The notes below the pieces were generated by a model that worked only from the letters and a program-made list of their open reading frames with translations, was not told where the DNA came from and searched no databases. Source: Deferrisomatales bacterium (GTDB taxonomy: Bacteria > Desulfobacterota > Deferrisomatia > Deferrisomatales > JACRMM01). Taken from it: 64,000 nucleotides of DNA. Location: assembly GCA_033551855.1 (NCBI GenBank), contig JAWSUI010000002.1, positions 1 through 64,000 of the forward strand. Direction: 5' to 3'. The translations under genes were made by a program, and so were the position numbers. Every line of letters starts with the position of its first letter. The stretch's first letter is position 1. Shown piece after piece: positions 33,070 through 42,190 of the stretch.

Positions 33070-33228
33070 GACGACCGGGTGGGCCCGCCCACTCCGGCAG
33101 ACGATGCCGGGCAGTACGGCAGGTGCGCTCCCGCGCCGCATCCGGAATCCTTGCGGCATCGCGGCTCCCGAAACGGCTGCTCCCGTCGAGCGGCCGTCCG
33201 CCTGCGCGGCCGGGCCCACCCGGTCGTC
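33070..33228. repeat. Element bounded by a perfect 18-bp inverted repeat
   Basis: GACGACCGGGTGGGCCCG (33070-33087) and CGGGCCCACCCGGTCGTC (33211-33228). Confidence 0.85.
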
Positions 33229-33314
33229 CCTGGACACGAGTGCCCGGTCATTTCCCGGATGAACCGGAAATGTGACGGTGGATCCAGGGCGTCAGGACGC
33301 GGGGCGGGCCCGGA

Positions 33315-33347
33315 TTGACAGCCCCGAAACCGCCTGACTAGTATGAT
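33315..33347 (+). promoter_or_regulatory. Putative promoter of the dynamin-like gene
   Basis: TTGACA at 33315 followed by TAGTAT/TATGAT; spacing is non-optimal. Confidence 0.45.
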
Positions 33348-33431
33348 CCCCTTTCGACCTGCTGTGCCTACCGGGGCAGCGCGGGGTCTCCAAGGAGCAG
33401 GGTGAGGCGCGTGGACGGAGGAGGAGCAACC

Positions 33432-35573
33432 GTGGGCGACCGCGCGAGGTCGCTTCTGTTCTTGGCGGGCGCGGTGCGGGAGCTCCTGGGGGCCCAGGGG
33501 GAGCCGGTGCCTCCGTGGGAGGCCCGTCTCCAGGGCCTGGGGGGGGACGGGGAACGATTCCGTATCGCCGTGGCCGGCACGGTCAAGAGCGGCAAGAGCA
33601 CCCTGGTGAACGCTCTCATCGGACGCGACGCGCTCAAACGGGGAGCGGGTATCGTCACCTCCCTGGTGACGCGGGTGAGGCCGGGCAAGGAGCTAATCGC
33701 TCGGATGCGCCTCAAGGGCTGGGCCGAGGTCAACCGGGAGGCGACGGACGCTGCGCTCTTCTTGGGGGGCGGGGAGGACGGGCGCCCCGTGGACCTGAGG
33801 TCGGCGCGGGACCGGGAAGCCCTGGCCCTGGCCCTGGCCCGGTTGGGCGAGGAGGTGTTGGGCGAGGGGGGGTTCTTCGACAAGAACGTGGCCCTGCTGC
33901 GGGCGTACCTCGGGGGGCAGGCCAGGGTGGCGGACCTCGTGACCGATCAGCCCCGCATGGTGGAATTTGGCCCCGACGGCTTCGAGCGGCATCGGGAGTT
34001 CGCCGGTCACGACGCGCTGGCCGCCTACGTGGACGACCTGGTCCTGGAGATCCCGGGCCTGCCCTTCCCCGACACCTGCGAGCTCGCGGACTGCCAGGGG
34101 TATGACTCCCCGAACCCGCGGCACATGGAGATGGTGCAGCAGTACCTGCTCGGCGCCCACGTCGTGGTGTACGTGGTCTCCAGCCGCGTGGGGCTGCGCG
34201 AGGCGGACTTTCGCTTTCTGCGGGACATCAAGGCCTTGGGGCTCGTGGAGTCCACGCGTTTCGTCCTCAACGCGGACCTGGCCGAGCATGGCAGCGCCGA
34301 GGACCTGGCGGAGTTGGGCCGCCGCGTGGGGGAGGAGCTCGAGCACCTCGTCGGGCAGGTGCCGCTCCACACCTTCTCGGCCCTGCGCGCCCTGCTCCGG
34401 GGGTTGCGGGAGAGGGGCGAGCCCCTGAGCCGCCGGGACGAGCTGCTCCTCCAGGTGTGGGCCGAGTCGTCGGCCTCGGCCGAGGACGAGTACCCCCGCT
34501 TCCTCCGGGCCCTGCAGGACGCGGCCGGACCCCAGCGGGAGCGGCAGCTCGAAAACGCCCGGGCGGACTTGGTTCGCTTGGCCACCGGCGCCCTGCGCTC
34601 CCAGGTCGGGTCGGCCCTGGTCCTGGCGGGGAAGGAGGCCCAGGACCTGGCGGCAGAGCGGCAGGCCCTTGGGGCCGCCAAGGACCGGGTGCAGGGGTCA
34701 CTGGCGGGCTTCGAGAGTGCCCTGGGCGGCGTGTCCGGATCCCTCAAAGCCGAGGTGTTCCGTAAGGTGGACGGGTGCTTTCACCCCTCCGGGGGGGATC
34801 TGGCCGTGGAGGTGCTGACCCATGTCCGCGGTCTGCAGCCCCCTCCCGCCGCCCTCGAGGTCACGGAGAGGACGAAGCTGCCGCGACAGATGGCCCGCAT
34901 CTACCACGAGCTTCGGGCCGCCTTCCAGCGGTACAAGGTCGAGGTGGCGAACCCGCGGGCGGTCGATCGGATCCGGAGGCTCTGGGCTGAGGCGAGCGGC
35001 GCACTCGGGGAGGCCGCCCAGCCGCCGGCGGAACTCCTGGTGCAGAGCGTCGAGGCCTACAGACGGGAGGCCGAGAGCCTGGGGATCGCCGTGCCTCCCT
35101 TGGACCTGCCACCTCTGGACCCCTCGATCGGGCGGACGTCGATCCCTCTCTTCTCCGCGGTGACCTATGCTCCCGGCCAGTTCGCCACCGACCGGGTTTT
35201 GTCCTTCGCGGGGCAGTGGACCCGCAAGCTGGCCACGGGGTGGGCCAAGCGCCTGCTGGGCAAGAAGGAGCGCACGAGCTTCGCCCGGTCCCTCCTCTCG
35301 GACGGGGCCGAGGCGGTCCGGGAGCTCCTGGCGGAGGAGGCGCGCTCGAATCTGCTCCACTACAACGAGCAGGTGAAGCACCAGGTGCTGGGAAAGAGCC
35401 TCGACTCCCTGGCCGCGGCTTGGGCCGAGGGCTACCGGGAAACCGTGGAGGCCCTCGTGGTGGATCTGGACCGGCTGCTGGGTCTTCTCGACCGGTCCGC
35501 GGCCCTGCGGACCGAGCTCGTCCCTCGCCTGCAGGAGATCCTGGGGGCGCTGGAGGGGTTGGAGTCGTCGTGA
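33432..35573 (+). CDS. Bacterial dynamin-like GTPase
   Basis: G1 AVAGTVKSGKSTLVNAL, G2 GIVTS and G3-like LADCQG, followed by a long helical C-terminus. GGAGGAG RBS before GTG 33432. Confidence 0.82.
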   Translation: MGDRARSLLFLAGAVRELLGAQGEPVPPWEARLQGLGGDGERFRIAVAGTVKSGKSTLVNALIGRDALKRGAGIVTSLVTRVRPGKELIARMRLKGWAEVNREATDAALFLGGGEDGRPVDLRSARDREALALALARLGEEVLGEGGFFDKNVALLRAYLGGQARVADLVTDQPRMVEFGPDGFERHREFAGHDALAAYVDDLVLEIPGLPFPDTCELADCQGYDSPNPRHMEMVQQYLLGAHVVVYVVSSRVGLREADFRFLRDIKALGLVESTRFVLNADLAEHGSAEDLAELGRRVGEELEHLVGQVPLHTFSALRALLRGLRERGEPLSRRDELLLQVWAESSASAEDEYPRFLRALQDAAGPQRERQLENARADLVRLATGALRSQVGSALVLAGKEAQDLAAERQALGAAKDRVQGSLAGFESALGGVSGSLKAEVFRKVDGCFHPSGGDLAVEVLTHVRGLQPPPAALEVTERTKLPRQMARIYHELRAAFQRYKVEVANPRAVDRIRRLWAEASGALGEAAQPPAELLVQSVEAYRREAESLGIAVPPLDLPPLDPSIGRTSIPLFSAVTYAPGQFATDRVLSFAGQWTRKLATGWAKRLLGKKERTSFARSLLSDGAEAVRELLAEEARSNLLHYNEQVKHQVLGKSLDSLAAAWAEGYRETVEALVVDLDRLLGLLDRSAALRTELVPRLQEILGALEGLESS

Positions 35574-35631
35574 GGCCCCCAGGAAGGGTCTCCCTCCCCG
35601 GGGCCGGCAGGGGGGGCCTCCGCCGGGCGCC

Positions 35632-36516
35632 GTGACGGAGCTCTCGTCCTGGCCCACCATTGCGGCACACTGGCGCCGTCGTTTCGGCGAGCAGGTGCAC
35701 CGGGTTGCCCTCGACCCAGGGCTTTCCTGCCCCAACCGGGACGGGACCCGAGGAACCGGCGGGTGCGCTTTCTGCGACCCGTCTTCCTTCTCCCCCTGTG
35801 CGGGGGATCCAAGGCCGGTGGCCGTCCAGCTCGCGACCGGGCTCGAGAGGCTGCGCCTGCGCGGGGTGGGGAAGGCGGCGGCCTATTTCCAGCCCCACAC
35901 GAACACCTATGCACCGGTCCCGGTGTTGTCCGGTCTTTGGGACGCCGTGTTGCCCTTCCCCGAGGTCGTGGCACTCTGCGTGGGGACTCGTCCGGACTGC
36001 GTGCCGGACCCGGTGCTGGACCTCCTGGCCCGCTACCGGGAGCGATGGGAGGTCTGGCTGGAGCTCGGGCTCCAGAGTGCCCGCGACGAAACCCTCGCCC
36101 GGCTGGACCGGGGGCACACGGCCGAGCAGTTCGCGGATGCCTGCGCGCGGGCGAGGCGCCGGGGGATCCGCGTCTGTGCCCACGTGATCCTGGGGCTCCC
36201 CGGGGAGGGGCCGGAGGACGAGAGCCACACCGCGGCGTTCCTCGCAAGGACGGGGATCGACGGGGTGAAGGTGCACCACTTGGCGGTCGTTCGGGGGACC
36301 CGCCTCGAGAGCGCTTGGCGGTCCGGGGCGTTGGAGCTTCTCGGGGAGGAGGTCTACGCGGCCCGGGCGGCCGGCTTCGTCCGTCGGCTGCCGCCGGGCA
36401 CGGTGCTCCACCGCCTGGTCGGGGACACGGCGGGAGACCGGCTTCTCGCCCCTCGGTACCACAAGGCCCGGGTACTGCGGAGGATCCGGGAGGCACTGGG
36501 GTCGGACGCGGGATGA
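35632..36516 (+). CDS. TIGR01212/YhcC-family radical SAM protein
   Basis: CPNRDG....GGCAFC, YFQPHTNTY, GTRPDC, ELGLQS and HRLVGD motifs. Confidence 0.92.
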   Translation: MTELSSWPTIAAHWRRRFGEQVHRVALDPGLSCPNRDGTRGTGGCAFCDPSSFSPCAGDPRPVAVQLATGLERLRLRGVGKAAAYFQPHTNTYAPVPVLSGLWDAVLPFPEVVALCVGTRPDCVPDPVLDLLARYRERWEVWLELGLQSARDETLARLDRGHTAEQFADACARARRRGIRVCAHVILGLPGEGPEDESHTAAFLARTGIDGVKVHHLAVVRGTRLESAWRSGALELLGEEVYAARAAGFVRRLPPGTVLHRLVGDTAGDRLLAPRYHKARVLRRIREALGSDAG

Positions 36517-36577
36517 GTTGCCCATGACCTTTGGGTCACCCCGAGGGATGAAACGCCGACGGGTCGCGGGCCGGTCG

Positions 36578-36613
36578 CCCTCACCCCAGCCCCCTCGCCC
36601 TGGGGGAGAGGGG
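36578..36613. repeat. REP-like palindrome (CCCTCACCCC...CCCCTCGCCC-TGG-GGGAGAGGGG type) between convergent genes
   Basis: Stem-loop visible in the sequence; this motif class is common in bacterial intergenic DNA. Confidence 0.6.
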
Positions 36614-36684
36614 ATTCAAGGAAGGTGGTTTTCCTTGTCGGGCGGACCCGGGAGGGGCGTGTCCCGGCAATCCGGCTCAGGTCT

Positions 36685-37119
36685 TCAGAGGCAGAGCAGC
36701 TCTCTGGTGCTTTCCGGCCGCCGGCAGGGAATGCCCATATCGCTCAGGAGCTTGGCCAAGCGCCCGTCCAACGTCACCACGGTGCAGCCGTGACGCCGGG
36801 CCAGCGAGGCATACAGGAGGTCATGAACGGGGTGATTCCTCGAGATGGCTTCCGCGAGAGCCTCTTCGGCCAGCTCGTGGTCGGGCACCGCGCGGTCATA
36901 CAGCCCGAACGAAGTTTCCAGCAACGAAACGGCTTCCTCGGCGGACAGGTCACCTGCCCGCACGTATTTCCGCAGGGCGTTCGCCACCTCGGAATGGAAG
37001 AGCTCCGGGACGAGCACCACCAGGCACTCGTCCAGCAGGTCCACAACCGAGGACGCGCGGCGTCCCGGCAGAACCACCTCGACGGCGGCCGAAGCGTCCA
37101 GTACGGCCCTCCGTATCAC
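36685..37119 (-). CDS. vapC: VapC PIN-domain toxin
   Basis: AVLDASA, PELFHSEVANAL, HDLLYASLA and VTLD acidic motifs. Confidence 0.9.
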   Translation of the reverse strand: MIRRAVLDASAAVEVVLPGRRASSVVDLLDECLVVLVPELFHSEVANALRKYVRAGDLSAEEAVSLLETSFGLYDRAVPDHELAEEALAEAISRNHPVHDLLYASLARRHGCTVVTLDGRLAKLLSDMGIPCRRPESTRELLCL

Positions 37120-37361
37120 CGGTCCCGATCCTCGCGCACGAGGTCCTCCGGCAGAGCGGAGACTCGGCGAGTCTCCGCCGCCGACAGGCGGCTTCGGATG
37201 TCCGCCAGGAGCTTCCTGCGCCGCTCGACCGCCTGAAGGTCCGGGATCCGGCGCAGCTCCACGACCGCCTGCTGCGCCAGGCTCCGGTTCTCGCTGCGGG
37301 CGCGAAGGGAAAGGGCCTCGTACACGTCTTCCGGCAGGTCGCGGATTTGAAGAGACGGCAT
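37116..37361 (-). CDS. FitA-like ribbon-helix-helix antitoxin
   Basis: MPSLQIRDLPEDVYEALSLRARSENRSL...LVREDRDR; 4-nt overlap with vapC. Confidence 0.88.
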   Translation of the reverse strand: MPSLQIRDLPEDVYEALSLRARSENRSLAQQAVVELRRIPDLQAVERRRKLLADIRSRLSAAETRRVSALPEDLVREDRDR

Positions 37362-37394
37362 GGCGGGTCCTCCAGCGAGCAGTAGACTTGGTTC

Positions 37395-37423
37395 ACCATA
37401 GCGCATGCAGATTGCATGCGCAA
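37395..37423 (-). promoter_or_regulatory. vapBC promoter with palindromic operator
   Basis: Minus strand TTGCGC, N17, TATGGT. Inverted repeat GCGCATGCA-GAT-TGCATGCGC (37401-37421) fills the spacer. Confidence 0.75.
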
Positions 37424-37820
37424 CAGACGATCTTGTCGGGAACAGGCGGTTCAAGCTCCCCGTGGCGGTGACGCATGTGGCAGGGCTTCTCCCCAGCCCT
37501 CCGCCTGCGAGCCTTGCCCATCTGATGGCGGGCAAGGGGATCCTCCTGCGCTGAGGGCGACGGCCTCGGCGGCAAACTTTCACCCCCAGTCCATTCCGCG
37601 TTCGCTCCCAGTCCGCTTCGGCCCGGACGTTCTCTGCAAACTCGGGCAGTTGCGCAACTTCACTTGCCCGTTTCTTCCCCGTTTGTCCCCGATGACTCCG
37701 ATGGAGTTCGTCTCGGCGGGGAAGCTCCGTTCGGCGTTTCGAGCGGCGGACCTTGAGGTATCCTGTTCTTCGGAGCAGAGTCGTCTTCCTGCCGCCGGCA
37801 ACCACGACCCGGAGCCAGCC

Positions 37821-39104
37821 ATGCCTGCCCACCTCGTCTCTCTCTTCTTCCTTCTCGCCGCGACGTTGCCTGTTGCCGGCTGCAGTCGGGACTCCGGCCA
37901 GAGGGAGCGCTCGCCGCCGCAGCGCATCGCCGAGCTGCCGCGCGCGCTCAGCGTTGCCGAGCACGAGGTGGTCGCCCGCTCGAACGAGCTCGCGTTCGAC
38001 CTGCTGCGGGAGACCTACGCCCGCGAGACCGAGAGGCCCAACGTGTTCCTCTCGCCGCTGAGCGCCTCCATGGCATTGGGCATGGCGCTGAACGGGGCTG
38101 CGGGCGAGACGTTCGAGGCGATGCGGGCGACGTTGCGGTTCGAGGGGCTCACCCAGGAGGAGATCAACGTCGCCTACCGGGACCTCGTGGAGCTTCTGCT
38201 CGGCCTGGACCCCGGGGTCGAGCTGCTCATCGCCAACGCCGCCTGGGCGCGGCAGGGCTGGCCCTTCGTGCCCGAGTTCTTCGCGACGATCGAGACCTGG
38301 TTCGACGCGCGGGCGCGGGAGCTCGAGTTCGACGAGCCGGCCGCCCTCGACGCGATCAACCGGTGGGCGGACGAGCAGACGGGGGGGCGGATACCGAAGG
38401 TGCTCGACGAGATCGGGCCCGAGCACGTCCTCTTCCTGCTGAACGCGGTCTCCTTCCGGGGGGACTGGACCCACCGCTTCGAGCGGAGCCGGACGCGGCC
38501 GGGGCCTTTCACCCTAGCCGACGGGACGCAGGTGGAGGTCCAGCGCATGAGCGGCACGCTCGGGGCGGGGGTGCGCCAGGTGCAGGGCGGCGTGCAGATC
38601 GGCGAGCTCCCGTACGGCGGCCAGGCGTTCGTCATGACCCTCGCGCTTCCGCCGCCGGGCGGCAGCCTGGCCGCGTTGGTCGCCGGCCTCGACGCCGGGA
38701 CCTGGTCGCGCTGGACCGAGGGTTTGCCGGAGGACTACGCGGCGGCCGAGATCGAGGTCGGCCTGCCGAAGCTCGAGCTGAGCTACGAGAGGGTCCTCAA
38801 CGACGTGCTCACCGCCCTCGGCATGGGCGTCGCCTTCGACGAGAACCTGGCCGACTTCTCCCGCCTCCTCGACCTGGCGCCGCCGCTCAACGCCTACCTC
38901 GACTTCGTCAAGCAGAACACCTACCTGCGCGTGGACGAGGAGGGGACGCAGGCGGCGGCGGTGACGACTGTGGGGGTCGGCGTCACGTCGGCGCCGCCCT
39001 CCTTCGTCGTGGATCGGCCCTACCTGCTCGTAATCCGCGAGCGCTTGAGCGGGACGATCCTGTTCCTGGGGGCGATCGGGGATCCGCGGGACGGCGGCGG
39101 GTAG
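37821..39104 (+). CDS. Serpin (serine protease inhibitor), predicted lipoprotein
   Basis: NVFLSPLS, LLNAVSFRGDW, hinge DEEGTQAAAVT and FVVDRPY..VIRE...GTILFLG motifs; signal peptide with lipobox VAGC. Confidence 0.92.
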   Translation: MPAHLVSLFFLLAATLPVAGCSRDSGQRERSPPQRIAELPRALSVAEHEVVARSNELAFDLLRETYARETERPNVFLSPLSASMALGMALNGAAGETFEAMRATLRFEGLTQEEINVAYRDLVELLLGLDPGVELLIANAAWARQGWPFVPEFFATIETWFDARARELEFDEPAALDAINRWADEQTGGRIPKVLDEIGPEHVLFLLNAVSFRGDWTHRFERSRTRPGPFTLADGTQVEVQRMSGTLGAGVRQVQGGVQIGELPYGGQAFVMTLALPPPGGSLAALVAGLDAGTWSRWTEGLPEDYAAAEIEVGLPKLELSYERVLNDVLTALGMGVAFDENLADFSRLLDLAPPLNAYLDFVKQNTYLRVDEEGTQAAAVTTVGVGVTSAPPSFVVDRPYLLVIRERLSGTILFLGAIGDPRDGGG

Positions 39105-39472
39105 GGGGGGCGCACCGACGGCGTCTCTGCCGTCGCAAGAGGACGTCACGTAAGTGAAATGGGGCAGTTGTCGAGCCGGCGCTGATAGTACGGAAAGGGG
39201 TCCGCTTCTGTTTGAGTTTCGGGGTCGGCGCGTCGGGGTCTGCCGCCGTGCCGTGGCGGCGTCGGGGAAGCCCGCCGGGGACGGACCCTCGCCTCGGCTC
39301 CCGCCCCGCGGCGCCGGCCTTCGAGGCTGGGGGGCCGCGGAGGGCCGTTGTGGCCCCCGCCCCGGTTCGCCTTGGGGCGCCGTCCGTGGTAGCCTTCGAG
39401 GTCGTGCCGATCGGGTGCGGCTAGGGGGAGCGGGCGAGGGCAGGGGCGCCCGTGCAGCGCTGGGCGCAAGAA

Positions 39473-39510
39473 AGGCCGGAAACCCTGATATCTCGCGGGT
39501 CGCCGGCCTC
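39473..39510 (-). terminator. Hairpin downstream of tRNA-Arg, probable terminator
   Basis: AGGCCGG...CCGGCCT stem followed on the minus strand by TTCTT. Confidence 0.45.
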
Positions 39511-39535
39511 TCTCGCACTTCCCTGGATGGGTAAA

Positions 39536-39612
39536 TGGTGGGCGAGGCGGGATTCGAACCCACGGCCTCAGGTTCCGGAGACCTGCGCTCTATCCAGCTG
39601 AGCTACTCGCCC
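39536..39612 (-). tRNA. tRNA-Arg (anticodon CCG)
   Basis: Reverse complement GGGCGAGTAGCTCAGCTGGATAGAGCG-CAGGT-CTCCGGA-ACCTG...GGTTCGAATCC...CCA; 77-nt cloverleaf. Confidence 0.97.
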
Positions 39613-39688
39613 GAAGAGGGGCGCAAGTTAATCACAGGGGCCGCGCGAATGCAAGCGCGGCCCCTGGGGCGGGCGAAGGGAGACCGCG

Positions 39689-41690
39689 ATGAAGCGACCG
39701 GTGAAGATCCTCGCGTGGGGGCTGGGGGCGGTGGTCCTCCTGCTCGCCCTCGCCGCTGTGGGTCTCAAGCTCTATTTCACGAAGGAGCGGATCCTGACGT
39801 GGGTAGTCCCGCGGCTGGAGGCGGAGCTCGACCGGAAGGTCAGCATCGCCGACGCCGGGGCCGGCCTGACCGGGGTTCGCCTCGAAGGCCTGGACGTGCG
39901 CTCGGAGGGGGCGGCCGAGCCCTTCCTCGCGGCCGGCCTGATCCGGGTCCGTTGGAACCTCTGGGCCCTGCTGCGGGGGACCGTGCAGGTGGACGAGGTG
40001 CGCCTCGTGGACCCGCGGATCCGAGTGGTTCGCCTGGCCGACGGGACGCTGGACATCGACGACCTGCTGGGCTCGGGGGACGCCGCGCCGGAGGAGGCGC
40101 CGGCCGCCCCTCCCGAGGAGAGGGCGCGGGCCGGGGAGCGGCTGGGCCTCGTGGTCGCCCTCTTCTCCTTGGAGAACGGCCGGGTCACCTTCGAGGACCA
40201 AAGCCGGGCCCCCCCCCGGGGCCTACGTGCTGGACGCCATCGACTCGCGGGTCTCCGACTTCGCCCTGGACCGGCCCGTACCCTTTGCGCTCTCGGCGCG
40301 GCTGCCCCTGGCCGAGGCCGGCCGCTTCTCGGCGGAGGGCACCGTGCACGCCGCCGCCGGCGACGCAAAGGCGAAGGTGCGGGTGGCCGACTTCGACCTC
40401 CCGTCCCTGAACCCCCTGCTGGAGGGCGACCTCCGGTTCGACGCCGGGAGTTTCGGTCTGGACTTGGACGTGGAGTTGACCCGTGGCGAGCAGGTGGCGG
40501 TGCGCGGCACCGCGGGGGCGAGGAGGCTCATCCTGGGGTCGGGCTCCCAGACCGGGGAGAGCGCCGACATCTCGCTCCAGCTCGACGCCGGGGCGGACCT
40601 TTCGGAGGGCACGGCCGAGGTGCGGCGATTCGAGCTCCAGGCGGCCGGCCAGAGGCTTGAGGCCGAGGCCCGGGTTCGGGGACTGCAGGCCCGGCCCCGG
40701 ATCGATTTCCGATTGTCCTCCGACGAGCTTCGCGTCGATCCGCTGACGGCCCTTCTCCCCGCGGGGGATGCCGCCCCCGCCGCCCCGCCGGCGGGGGAGA
40801 CGCCCCCGTCTGCGCCCTCCCCGACCTCCATTCCGCTCGACGCTTTCGGGGACGTGGCGGTCGGGCGACTCTCGGCGGGCGGCGCCGTGGTCGAGGACTT
40901 CCAGGCCCGCGTCGAGTTGGACAAGGGGGTGCTGCGGGTGGAGCCCGCGGCGGCGAACCTCTATGGAGGAACCCTCAAGCTCCGCTCTCGGGCCGAGCTG
41001 GAGAAGGCGGGGCCTCCCTTCGATGCCGGCCTCGAGCTCGCCGGAACCCAGCTCTCGTCGGTCCTGGCCGCCTTTCGGCCGGCGCTTCGGGACACGGCCA
41101 GCGGCACCCTGGACCTGACCCTCGAGGCCCGGGGCTCGGGGGGTGACGTCGGGGCGCTGCGCTCCCAGCTCAAGGCCGAGGCGAAGGACGGGAGGATCCT
41201 GAACCATCCTCTGGCCGCGAATCTCGCCGCGCTCTTCCAGGTCAAGGAGCTCGAGTCCCTGAACTTCTACAACCTTCGGGCCGACGTCGAGACGGCGGAG
41301 GGGGTCGGGCAGGTAAGGTCCGTCGTGTTCCGGGGGCCCAACCTCCAAGCCACGGCTACCGGCACCCTCGGCCTGGCCGACGGCGCCCTGGACCTGCGCC
41401 TGGCCGTGGCTCTGCCCCAGGAGCTCGCGGCGCGGCTCGTGCGGGAGCCGACCACCCTCCAAGCCGTCACCGACGCCGACGGCTGGTCCCGGCTTCCGCT
41501 GCGGCTTCGCGGCACGCTGGAGTCTCCGTCGTACGGCCTCGATGCGGAAGGGCTCCGGGACGCGGCGGCCAAGGCCCTCGGGGACAAGGCCCAGCAGGTC
41601 CTGGAGGAGAAGGTGCTCGAACGGCTTCCCGTCGGGGAGCAGGAGAGGGAGCAGATCCAGGAGGGGCTGCGCAGACTCCTGGGGCGGTAG
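39689..41690 (+). pseudogene. AsmA-family protein split by a single-base frameshift near 40209-40221 (real or sequencing error)
   Basis: N-terminal TM and beta-rich AsmA-like sequence in ORF 39689 continue in the frame of ORF 40227-41690. The junction is a C9G4 tract. Confidence 0.75.
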
Positions 41691-41777
41691 GCGGAGCCTG
41701 AAGGCCCCGACCGCCGGCGGAAAGGCCCGCGGGCCGTGCCGGCGATGCCGGGCCGCCGCTCGCAAACGGGTTTGGTG

Positions 41778-41807
41778 TTGACACCTCTTGGCGCGGTTGA
41801 CTATCAT
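41778..41807 (+). promoter_or_regulatory. Putative rplU operon promoter
   Basis: TTGACA, N18, TATCAT. Confidence 0.6.
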
Positions 41808-41859
41808 CCCGTTTTCCCTGGATCCCGGCAGCCCCCCAGGGGGCCTTTCTGGAGGACCC

Positions 41860-42171
41860 ATGTACGCAGTGGTAAAGACGGGAGGGAAGCAGTACAAGGT
41901 GGGCGAGGGCACCTTCTTCAAGGTGGAGAAGTGCCCCGGGGCCGTGGGCGAGGAGATCGTCTTCGACCAGGTGCTGCTCCTCTCGAGGGACGGCGAGGTG
42001 ACCCTCGGCCGGCCCGTGGTGGAGGGGGCCCGGGTGAGGGGCACCATCGTGGAGCAGGCCCGCGAGAAGAAGATCATCGTCTTCAAGATGAAGCGGCGCA
42101 AGGGGTACCGCCGCAAGCAGGGCCACCGACAGTACTACACCGGCGTCAAGGTCAGCGCCATCGAGGCCTGA
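41860..42171 (+). CDS. rplU: 50S ribosomal protein L21
   Basis: [14 protein letters not shown] and GHRQ motifs. Confidence 0.98.
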   Translation: MYAVVKTGGKQYKVGEGTFFKVEKCPGAVGEEIVFDQVLLLSRDGEVTLGRPVVEGARVRGTIVEQAREKKIIVFKMKRRKGYRRKQGHRQYYTGVKVSAIEA

Positions 42172-42190
42172 GGGGCGAGGAGAGCGATCC

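Noticed and set aside
36517..36700. att site duplicating the tRNA-Arg 3' end
   Set aside because: No copy of the tRNA 3' sequence was found by eye at the islet's far boundary.
39143..39170. dif/Xer-like site
   Set aside because: Only weak resemblance to a XerD arm, with wrong central spacing and no XerC arm.
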